Position numbers and translations under genes: made by a program
The notes under the pieces: model-generated
Databases searched by the model: none
What the model saw: only the letters and a program-made list of their open reading frames with translations
What the model was told of the DNA's origin: nothing
Part shown: positions 47,511-58,311 of the stretch, one piece after another
Numbering within the stretch: the first letter of the stretch is position 1
Layout of the letters: each line of letters opens with the position of its first letter
Assembly (NCBI RefSeq): GCF_020745735.1
Contig: NC_083407.1
Location: forward strand, 92,495,857 to 92,559,856
DNA length: 64,000 bases
Source: Hemiscyllium ocellatum
Lineage: Eukaryota
Reading direction: 5' to 3'

Positions 47511-48149
47511 AAATAAAACAAACCAAATTATTTCTATATTGCACAAGTTTAACTATTTCAAAATATATGATAAAATACAATCAGATTAATCCCAACTGCA
47601 TTCCTTTACAGTACATACACCAGAGGGTTTATCTCCAGGTTTAATTTAATTGTAGCTTCAATTCCTACCTTGAAAATCACAAAGTCTCTTCCCTGAATTT
47701 TCACACAACCTCGGGTAGATATTTTCAGCTTATTGCAGGGCCCATCATTGACATAACTGAGGTCCCAGTCTGCTCCCAGATTCCCTCACAATCAAGGTCC
47801 CTTTGCCCCTGCTGAACCTTGACACCACTTTGCTTCCCACACACTACATGTTCCCCAACCGTCCACATCCAAATCCTACCTTACCACATCTAACTGCCCA
47901 ATACCCTGTGATCCTTCTGTCTGTGTTCCGTCTGGACTGATTCCCACAAAGCATGCCTCAGCACAGACAACACTCTGGACACAGCCTCCTCCATACCAAG
48001 ACTGACTGCTGACCAAGCCACCTCAGACTACTGCCCAATGAACGGATTGCAGGCTAACAGCCACCGAACTGACTGGAGCACACCTTTGCCTGACCTTATC
48101 ATTCCTGACTCCTCACAGTTTTGTGGTTCTATGCGATACGGTTAGTCTC

Positions 48150-48724
48150 CTTCGATGTTTGCTTAAAGCTAGCCTTTCACTCAGAAGATCCCCCAGTCTG
48201 CAATGTGCCAAATATTCTTCCAGAAAAACACCAGCTTCTGCAGCCAGGCCAACATCCCCAGCATCGAGGCACTGACCACTCTTGTTTGGTTTCTTTGGCT
48301 GGGCACATCGTTCACATGAAGGACATGAGACTCCCCAGGCAGGTGCTTTACTCCCAGCTCTGCAATGAGCCCCAGGTGGACAGAGAAAACGCTTCAGGGA
48401 TCCTCTCAAGGCCTCGCTGGCTAAGCGAGGCATTCTCAAAGACACCTGTGAATCACTGGCCCAACATCGCCCAAGTTGAGGAGGAGTATCCAGGAAGGGG
48501 TTAAGCATCTTGAGACTTGCCATCAGGAGAAACTGGAAGCCAGGTGAAAACGCCGAAAGGAGTGCGCTGCCATACAAACACCACGACCAGCCCTTACCAG
48601 CACCACCACCTCCCCAAGTGTAACAGAGCCTGCACAGCCACCTACACACTCACCCTGAGAGGAGAAGAGAGTCTTCCTCATCTGCAGGGAACTGCTGATG
48701 ATGGTGATGATGATGATGATGATA
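48150..48724 (+). mobile_element. RTE-clade LINE 3' fragment
   Basis: PSIEAL...AGHIVHMKDMRLPRQVLYSQL...RKRFRDPLKASL (RTE C-terminal signature); (gat)n tail at 48696-48724. Confidence 0.85.
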
Positions 48725-48729
48725 TTATA

Positions 48730-49040
48730 GAGTCAGAGAGTAACAGCATGGAAACAGGCACTTCGGCCCAAATTGGTCCATGCTGACCAAATTGCCCACT
48801 CAGCTAGTTTCAATCACCTGCATTTAGTCCATATCGCTCTAAACCCTTCCCATCCATGTCGTGATCCAAATGTGTTTTTACCTATTGTACCTATCTCAAC
48901 CACTTTCTCTGGCAGCCCATTCCATATATGCATCACTGTCTGTGTGAAGAAGTCACCCCTCAGGTCCTTCTTTAATCTTTTCCCTCTCACCTTAAAGCTA
49001 TGCCTAATAGTTTTCAATTCCCCATTCCTTGGAAAAACAC
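48730..49040 (-). mobile_element. CR1 3' fragment
   Basis: ORF HSFKVRGKRLKKDLRGDFFTQTVMHIWNGLP. Confidence 0.85.
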
Positions 49041-50064
49041 AGTACGCATTCAGCAGTGCTCATTGAGATGACCCCAGAGCACAGGCAGCACAAGTGACTG
49101 TGAACTTCACTCAAGGCCGTATGGCTATAACGAGACGGCAGCAAACTCTGACTTTTAATTCGAGGAAGAAGTGTAGCTCACTTGCTGTATGTTGGCGGGC
49201 ATCTGAAGAATTTAGTTTCTCAACTGAATTGGGAAGGCAAACTGAATTCCAGTGAGGTATGGCTTTACTGAGATGCTAATGCATGTAGGGAGGCTCCTGG
49301 ACACCTCCCATTGAGGGGGGAGAAACCAATCATTGATGTCTATCTCACAGCAAGAATCTGATTTTTTTTTTGGCCGTTCCTTTCTCTTGAATAAAATCTC
49401 TCTCCTGACATTTTTCTAGCCACCCTGGCACTGGAAAACCCTGACTGTACATTCACTTAGTCATGTCGTTTTGAGATGAGTTTACTTCAAAATCAACAGT
49501 TACTTTATATAGGGACTTGAGTGATATTCTACTTAAATTTTAGACCTGTATATGAACAATTGCGCACTGCCACAAATGTTGTGCAGTGAATTGAATTCAA
49601 TGCTTGACGTTATGCCTTGTGTCATCTGGTTTCTAGCCACTGACAGACCCTCTCGAAGCTGAGGCTAAGCTTAAAATTATATGTTTCTCATACTGCATAC
49701 TCTCGGAAAATGAAACATTTACACAGAGCAAATTGTCAAATTCAATGATTTTCCAAAATGCCGACGGTAAAAACCACGCCAAGCAGCATGTGAATCGTTA
49801 CGAAAGCAAAGTCATAACAAGAGATTTATAACATGCACATTAAAAACTAGATCAGTTCAACAATTGATTTTGAAAGACCCAGAGACAAATCTGGTTTAGA
49901 TTAAATTACTTGTGATTCTATTATTCAACTTGGTGGACATGATGATGCTCAGCTCTGGGCAAGATATGCCAAGGTGTCTGACTGGCCCCTGTACATCCCC
50001 CTGACTGTTAGCCCAATGCCCCAGCAGTACTGTTATGGAGCCAATAGACAGTCTGTGGCCCACT

Positions 50065-50420
50065 TCATTTCTTTATTCACTCATGGGATGAGGGTGTTGC
50101 TGGCTATGCGCAGCATTTATTGCCCATCCCTAATTGCTCAGAGTCAACCACATTGCTGTGTGTCCTGGACTTACATATAGGCCAGACCAGGTAAGGATGG
50201 CAGTTTCCTTCCCTAAAGGCCATTAGTGAACCAGATGGGTTTTTCCGACAATCAACAATGAGTTCAAAGTCAATGTTAGACTCTTAATTCCAGAATTTGT
50301 TTCATTGAATTCAAATTCCACCACCCAGCCATGGCAGGATTTGAACCAGGATCCCCAGAACATTTCCTGGGTCTCCGGACTAACAATTCAGCGATAATAC
50401 CACTAGGCCATTGCCTCCCT
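50065..50420 (-). mobile_element. tRNA-derived SINE family 2, near-full copy
   Basis: Reverse complement begins gggaggcaatggcctagtggtattatcg (A box) with B box ggttcaaatcc; tail shared with the LINE at 47440-47505. Confidence 0.88.
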
Positions 50421-52004
50421 TCCTGGACTGCAAAAACATGCTCATCTTACTTTAAACCACCAGATGCCTGACCAATGCCCTTGAGTTGTATGAGCGACTG
50501 CTCTTAACTTTTTGTGTTGCGACCTGCTACTGAGAGTTTTCCTTGGGGTTCTTTGAGGAATACACCCACTTGCAGTTGGACAGAGACCATTTGCCGCCCA
50601 TGAGACAGGTTTGCTGCTTCAGCTGATAACACATAGATGTGAGATTGGCATGGCACATTGCCTTACAGCAAGGCATGTACGCCCTAGACTGAGAACTGCC
50701 AACAAACAAGGTACGCTGCCTAGCTGAGCGACTTCAGGGATGTTATGAGCTAGCTGATAGGCACTGAGTTAACAGGTGTTGAGCGAGCAAATGAACAGCC
50801 CTGAAATTTATCCGAATCCAACCTGCCAGCTCAGTTCATTTTCAGTCTTGCCTGGGTGTACCTGTTGCAGCCTTTTGATGCTATTGCTCAGCGCGCCCTG
50901 CAACACACCTCTCTGTGCTTCCAGGATACACAGCCAGTGCACTGTTGAAGTGCCAGAATGGGCGTGATGAGTCAGCAGATGGCATTTGGAAGAGGAATAT
51001 GTTTCACTGGTGCCCTGAGATGCCAGTGATCATTCAGAACAAGCAGAGAGTTGAATCTGCCAGGTGTCAGAAATCTGTCAAGTTTTCCCAAAGTTTATGT
51101 TGTTTGGTGAGGTTGGCAAGATGGGAATCTGAATATTAAATGTTGCAGCATTTAACAATCAATAATAAGCATCAATTGGCATCTTGCCACTGCCCAGCAA
51201 GAATCTCATCATGCCATTAGTGAAATGTATAAAAGGTAAAGTGAGATTGTCTCGTTCGAGGTAGGCATCATTACACTTGCCCTGCTCCATATCTTGCCAC
51301 AGCTCACATCACTCATGGGATGTTGAGTTAAAATTGATCATCCTCATGAATTAAACACTTGCACCCCTTTGTCAGGAATCATGTGGTGCTCAGACTCCTT
51401 CAATAATCTGTTAGGGTTGGCATGTGAATTTTGATTTATGAAGAAGGATCGGGGAACCACAAAACTCAGAATAAAAAGACACGCTGTAGCTCTGCTAAAC
51501 TCATTTGTACTTTGCTAACACTTTAATTCTGTGAGTGTAAACTAAATGCAATTGCTTAGAAAGAAATTTTGCTTTGTGGCTAGAGTGTTTGTGTCTTTTG
51601 GTAGCAGTTTTTACTGCTTTATAAATACAACCTTGCACATTTCAGCATTACCAACTTTACCAAAAAGTTTAAAATTAACTCTGGAACATATTCACTTTGC
51701 TGTGGATTTAGCAGCAACTGGCATTTGTGTCCAGATGGTCAATACACTATTTTCAGATTGAGATGGCATTCAGAGCACTGATGCTGTGGTATTTCAGGGA
51801 CAACTTTGCAAATATTACTGTGAGAATCCCTGTCTAGCCCATTCCCTCTACCAGGTTTATAATCTGCTCCACTATTCATTTTAACAGACCTATAAATTTT
51901 ATAGAAATGAAATAGAAAGACAAATTTCATAGAGTAAAAAGAGGTAATTTGTCCCATTATATGTATCCATTGAAACTCCCTATCTGTATATCATTCATTA
52001 CTCT

Positions 52005-52990
52005 TCCAGGGATGAACGGGTACGATTACATGGATAGATTAAAGAGGCCAGTTGTTCTTCTGAGGGCAGAAAAGATTTGACCGACGTGTATAAAATAATG
52101 GAGGGGTTAAACAGAGTAAACATTGAGAAACTGTTTCAAATGGTTGATGAGTCAAGAGTAAAAATTTAAAGTCGTTAGCAAATGAACTAAAGATGGCTTG
52201 TGGAGAAAGGTCTTACACATTGAGTAATAGATTGCCTGGAAGGAGAACCACAATAAATTTCACAGTAGCCTTAAAAAATCCCTAAAGAAGAAACAGTCAC
52301 AGGAATAGGGAAAAGGAGCAGACAAGTGTGATGAATTTGTATTTGGTAATTCCCATCGACTATTGTATGGGAACGGTGGTACTGGAAATTCGCCACCAAG
52401 TCCCAAATATTCATCACTCAGGAATATCTTTATCCTTTCAGCATTACTTGGTCAAAATCCTCGTGCTTCCTGGTGTGGGAGTGCCTTCACCACACAGACA
52501 GCAGTGACTCAGACAAAAGGTCATAGAGAGACAAGCAATCGGTGCCAGCTTTGCTGACGACACCTGATTCCCAAAAAAAGATACAATAAAGAAGTAGCTC
52601 TTAACCCAATTTGTGTCACTTTAAAGCCACTGCTTGTGGATAGAATTGTGGACCAGCCACCAGCCTTTCTTCTGAAAATGCCACTGAACCCTCAACATTC
52701 ATTCAAATCCATAGTCAGTAAGTGTTCTTCATTCGCTTTTAGGACGTCAGTACCACTGACTGGACTGGCAATTATTGCCCATCCCAGTGGGCCTTGAGGA
52801 ATTGATAATAAGCTGCTTTTCTCAACTGCTGCAGCCCATGTGCTGTAGGTAGACCCACAATGCTACCAAGGCAGGAATTCCAGGATTTGGACCCAGTGAC
52901 AGTGATATATTTCCACGTCAGGATAGTGAGCAGCTTGGAGGAGAACTTGCAGGTGGTAGTATTCCTATTTATCTGCTGCCCTTGTCCTTC
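52005..52990. mobile_element. Cluster of decayed LINE 3' fragments (CR1 +, older LINE + and -)
   Basis: 52735-52990 is the reverse complement of the 47230-47500 LINE end; 52375-52590 is the same end on the plus strand. Confidence 0.6.
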
Positions 52991-53064
52991 TAGAACATGT
53001 CAGTTTGGTAGGTGCTTGAAATTCAATCTGTTGTTATTGAGTAGCATTGATTCATGCAACATAG

Positions 53065-53912
53065 AACGGTACAGTGGGCAGAGAAATGGCAGATGGAGTT
53101 TAATTTGGATAGACGTGAGGTATTACATTTTGGTAAAATAAACAAGGACAGGACTTATACAATTAAAAGTAGGGCCTTGGGTAGTATTATAGAACAGAGA
53201 GACCTTGGGTCAGGTCCATAATTCTTTGAAATTTACATCATATATAGATAGGTTAATTAAGAAGGCATTGGGCATGTTTGCTTCATTGTTCAGATCTTTG
53301 AGTATAGGAGTTCAGGCATCTTGTTGAGGTTGTACAGAACATTGGAGAGACCTCTTCTGGAGTAGTGTCTTTGGTTCTGGTCACTCTGTTATAGGAAGGA
53401 TATTATTAAGCTAGAGAGGGTTCAGAAAAGATTTGTTCGAATCTTATCTGAAGTGTAGCATTTGAGTAACAAGGACAGGCTAGTTAGGATTGGACTTATT
53501 TCAGTGGATCGTAGGAGGTTGCTGGGTGACCTCAAAGTATCTATAAAGATATTTATAAAATCATGAGGGGCATAGATGAGGTGAATGGCAGATGTCTTTT
53601 CCCTGGAGTTGGGGATTTCAAATCAGGGGGGCATAATTTTAAGGTGAGAGGAGAAAGGTTTTAAAAAGATATGGGGGGCAATGTTTCTATACGGAGAGTG
53701 CTTTGTGTGTGAAATGAACTTCCAGAATAAATGGTGGATTCGGGTAGAGTTACAACATATAAAAGACATTTAGAAAGTACTTGAATAAGGAATGTTTGGA
53801 GGGATATAGGCCAAGTGCAGGCAGGGGGGACTAGTTTAGTTTGGGGTTATGGTCAGTGTGGACTGGTTGGACTAAAAGGCCTGTTTCTGTGCTGTTTGAC
53901 TCTGAGACTCTC
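53065..53912 (+). mobile_element. CR1 3' portion, decayed
   Basis: tggcagatggagtttaat...aggaaggatattattaagctagagagggttcagaaaagattt...tgactctgagactct tail. Confidence 0.88.
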
Positions 53913-54230
53913 TCAAATAATTATCTGACTTTGGGAGCAACTGAAAAAAAAACTTCTACTGATTTTTTTTATTGCTCAGGCTATGCCTGCTGGACAAAGT
54001 TATGATTTCATAATGCAATATTTAATGTCACTGGGGATAAGTTTCTGAATTTGTACTGTTACTGTGAGCACACATCAGATATATGTCAGACATTAGCCCA
54101 GATATGTTTGTTTTCTGAACATTTTCTGAGCACTCATGGCTGAAAAATCCTGTTGAGCACCTGGAAGTTTCTCATCACCGTCATCTTTATCTGTTAAGAT
54201 AAAACATGGCAACTGGCTGAAGCCAAAAAC

Positions 54231-54775
54231 AGGGCAAAAGTGAGGACTAAACATTTTGGAGATCAGAGGACATGACCTGGGGGTTGCAGTGAGAGAAAAA
54301 CTCACTGAGATTCTTGTAGAGAGAGGAGGAGAACTTCTTCAAGGTAGGCATCCTTGCAAGAGGATTCACCTGACCTGCTGTGCTTTTCCAGCACCACTCT
54401 AATCTAGACTCTGATCTCCAGCATGTGCAGTCCTAACTGTTGCCCACTTGATTTTAACCTTACTGCGAATCCTCTTGCAAGGATGTCTACCTTGAAGAAG
54501 TTCTTCTCCTCTCTCTACAAGAATCTCAATGAGTCTCTCTCTCTCACTGCAACCCTCTCCTCCGCCCTGAAGCTCTTCAACCATGTCCTGAACCTATCAC
54601 CTTCATCCCCACCTCCATATACCTATTGTACTCTTGGCCCTTCTCCCTAGCCCCCCTCCCCTCCAATCTATCTCTCCACTCCGGAGGCTCTCAGCCTTCA
54701 TGCCGGAAACGTCGATTTTTCTGTTCCTTGGGTGCTGCCTGACCTGCTGTGCTTTTCCAGCACCACGCTAATCTA
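54231..54775. mobile_element. Rearranged, internally deleted family A Penelope-like element with ORF N-terminus
   Basis: pLTR tail runs into ATG (MSTLKKFFSSLYKNLNESL); inverted copy of this segment at 54281-54366; 3' pLTR at 54700-54775; flanking aagccaaaaa repeat at about 54220 and 54776. Confidence 0.75.
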
Positions 54776-55214
54776 AAGCCAAAAATATTTCATCTTGTAA
54801 CAGAATCATAGATGTCATTCTGGGTTGAAGAGCTTTCATACATCCCATTCACAAAAAAGAATTATCAGCTTATTCAAGAATCCTACAGTTTCTTGTATGT
54901 GTTTTCTGTTTCTTGATTATTCCACCCATGTGAGCAGATTCTCTTGATCTATTCTGCCTAGACCCTGCATAATTTTGAGCAGCTCTTTTAAATTTCTTTT
55001 AACCTTCTGATCTCTCAGACAAACAGGACCAAGTTCTCCAATCGTTTTTTTCAAAGTGATTATTCAAGTACATGTCAATGCATCCTACATTAGTAAAGTT
55101 CCAAAAAAGTCACCAAGGAAAATGGCCATTGAAATGTCTTGTAAGTTGGTGACCTTTCTGAAGGATTGAATGGGATAGTACAGTCACTCAGTGCACTTGT
55201 CCACTTGTGAAAGT

Positions 55215-55607
55215 ATTACCACTCCCTCACCACCATCTTCCACCTCAGGACCCTCTAACCCTATGATATCAATGTGGATTTCACCAGTTTCCTCATTTCC
55301 CTTCCCCTAACTTTATCCCAGTTCCAACCTTCCAGCTCAGCACCATTCTCATGACCTGTCCCACCTGTCAAACTACCTTCCCACCTCTCCGCTCCACCCT
55401 CCTCTCCGACTTATCAACTTCACCCCCACCTATATCCACCTATTGCACTCTCAGCCACCTTCTCTCCAGCCCCACCCCCTCCCATTAATCTCTCCACCCA
55501 CAGGGGTCCCAGCCTCATTCCTGTTTAAGGGCTTTGTCCGAAACATCGATTTTCCTGCTCCTCAGATGCTGCCTGACTTGCTGTGTTTTTCCAGCACCAC
55601 TCTAATC
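55215..55607 (+). mobile_element. Penelope-like element 3' end, family A
   Basis: GIY-YIG C-terminus (IFHLRTL.PYDINVDFTSF), C-rich UTR, decayed hammerhead at 55517-55550 and family A end sequence. Confidence 0.82.
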
Positions 55608-55609
55608 TT

Positions 55610-56200
55610 GTCAGTGGCTCACTGGTTAGCACTGCTGCCTCATGGTACCAGGTTTGATTCCAATCTTGGGTGACTGTCTATGTGGAGTTCTCCCTGTATC
55701 TAGGCTGGTTTCTTCTGTGTGCTCCAATTTCCTCCAACAGGCCAAAGAGCTCTAGCGTAGTTGAATTTACCATGCAAAGTTGTCTATGGCGTCAAGGGGT
55801 GTGTGGGCTTATTGGATGAGCCATGCAAAATGTGGGGCTACAGGCATAGGTTGGGAAATAACTGCACAGAGGCCGGTATCCCATCACCAAGTCACCCTTT
55901 ATTTACTTGCACACAGTACACTGGCTGTGGCCAGCCAGCCCAGAATCAGTCCCCTGAACTGAGGAGATTCTAAATCTCCTGTTTCTATTGGTCAGCCAGG
56001 GCTTTCCCGATTGGCCCAGTTTAACAACTCCAGTCACCGACCTTGTAGTCAACAAGGTCTACTTGCTTCCAGTCACTTCAGGTAGTTTGGGGGAGGGGGG
56101 GTGTTAGCAGAGGGGGTGACTCTGGGTGGGATGCTCTTCAGAGGAGTCAGTGTGGACAAGATGGGCCAAATAGCCTGTTTCCACACTGTAGGGATTCTAT
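55610..56200 (+). mobile_element. Decayed HE1/V-SINE split by a solo LTR
   Basis: gtggctcactggttagcactgctgcctca head; tail gcctgtttccacactgtagggattctatga. Confidence 0.78.
55856..56080 (-). mobile_element. Solo LTR (Gypsy-type, related to 61685)
   Basis: cagaggccggtatcccatcaccaagtcaccctttattta is the reverse complement of the LTR 3' end at 61830-61880. Confidence 0.75.
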
Positions 56201-56661
56201 GACTGTTCACCATGAGGCCTCTTCATCTTCAGATCACATCATAGGATCCTCAACATCCAGGCCAACATGAAGTCAAACCGTGTTGTAAGAAAACAATAAA
56301 ATGTAAAGCTAAATCTATTGATGCTTTGACTAAATGCCATCCTAAGTAGGTTTCATGGAGGGTTTCTCTCCCTGAGGCCTCATGCTCCCATCTTAATACC
56401 ATCTTATTAACTACCTACCTAACCCCTTTGGCACCTCTCTTTTCCAACGCTAACCTGACCCTTCCACTCAGAATGGATCGCTATTCTTGGTGTTGGCGCC
56501 AACATTTAAAGGCTTTTGTCCACTCAATTCAGCAATGGCAGTCTCTTGTGTAAGTTGTGACATTAACCTTGATCATTGCAGTAATGGGGAAATTGGCATC
56601 ACTGAATGCCCTATTGGACAGGGTGGTGGAGAGAAGAGGTCTCCTTTTTCCACAGGGCCAG

Positions 56662-58311
56662 GACACTATTGCTGATGTGGATATTGAGTCACAAGTGATT
56701 AGAATGGATGGCTTTGAGGTATGTAGGGAAGAGGTCTGGGGAATACTGGAAAGGATGAAAATAGATAAGTCCCCTGCGCCTGATGGCATTTATCCTAGGA
56801 TCCTCTGGGAAGCTAGGGAGGAGATAGCAGAGCCATTGGCCTTGATTTTTATGTCATCATTGTCTACGGGAATAGTGCCAGAAGACTGGAGGATAGCGAA
56901 TGTGATCCCTTTGTTCAAGAAGGGGAGTAGGGATAGCCCGAGTAACTATAGGCCAGTGAGTCTCACTTCTGTCGTGGGCAAAGTCTTAGAGAGAATTGTA
57001 AGGGATAGGATTTATGAACATCTGGATAGGAATGATGTGATCAAGGATAGTCAGCATGGTTTTGTGAAGGGCAGGTCGTGCCTCACAAACCTTATTGAGT
57101 TCTTTGAGAAGGTGACTAAGGAGGTGGACGAGGGTAAAGCAGTAGATGTGGTGTATATGGATTTTAGCAAGGCGTTCGATAAGGTACCCCATGGTAGGCT
57201 AATGCAAAAACTACGGAGGTATGGCATTGAGGGTGCATTAGAGGTTTGGATTAGGAATTGGCTGGCTGGAAGGAGACAGAGGGTAGTAGTTGATGGAATA
57301 GGTTCATCTTGGAGTGCAGTTACTAGCGGTGTTCCACAAGGGTCTGTTTTGGGACCATTACTGTTTGTCATCTTTATAAATGATCTAGAGGAGGGGCCTG
57401 AAAGCTGGGTGAGCAAGTTTGCGGATGACACAAAAGTCGGTGGAGTTGTGGACAGCAAAGAAGGATGTGGCAGGTTACAGCGGGATATAGATAAGTTGCA
57501 GAGCTGGGCAGAAAGGTGACAAATGGAGTTCAATGTAGCTAAGTGTGAATTCATTCACTTTGGTAGGAGTAACAAGAAGATGGATTACTGGGCTAATGGT
57601 AGGCTACTTGGTAGTGTGGATGAGCAGAGGGATCTTGGTGTCCATGTACACAGATCTCTGAAAGTTGGCAGCCAGGTAAATAGTGCTATGAAAAAGGCAT
57701 ATGGTGTACTGGGCTTTATTGGTAGAGGAATTGAGTTCCAGAGTCCTGAGGTCATGTTGCAGTTGTATAAGACTCTGGTGAGGCCTCATCTGGGGTATTG
57801 TGTGCAGTTTTGGTCGCCATACTATAGGAAGGATGTGGAGGCATTGGAACGAGTGCAGAGGAGGTTTACCAGGATGTTGCCTGGCATGGTAGGAAGATCG
57901 TATGAGGAAAGGCTGAGGCACTTGGGGCTGTTTTCATTGGAGAAAAGAAGGTTTAGGGAAGATTTGATAGAGATGTACAAGATGATTAGGGGTTTAGATA
58001 GGGTAGACACTGAGAACCTTTTTCTGTTAATGGAGTCAGCTGTTACTAGGGGACACAGCTTTAAATTAAGGGGTGGTAGGTATAGGACAGATGTTAGGGG
58101 TAGATTCTTTACTCAGCGGGTTGTGAGTTCATGGAATGCCTTGCCAGTAGCAGTGGTGGACTCTCCCTCTTTATGGTCATTTAAGCGGGCATTGGATAGG
58201 CATATGGAGGATAGTGGGCTAGTGTAGGTTAGGTAGACTTTGGTCGGCGCAACATCGAGGGCCGAAGGGCCTGTACTGCGCTGTATTTTTCTATGTTTCT
58301 ATGTTTCTATG
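56662..58311 (+). mobile_element. Young 5'-truncated CR1 with near-intact RT (single TGG>TGA stop at 57517-57519)
   Basis: ORFs 56557-57519 and 57523-58227 are in the same frame: [40 protein letters not shown]; (tttctatg)n tail. Confidence 0.97.

Noticed and set aside
56557-57519. 320-aa ORF as a novel Myb-RT fusion protein
   Set aside because: A chance in-frame junction of a 5'-truncated CR1 with a short upstream remnant; non-ATG start and premature stop.
57051-57554. Long antisense ORFs over CR1 RT regions (also 15285-15716, 22200-22550, 3685-4050)
   Set aside because: Shadow frames of RT coding sequence, not independent genes.
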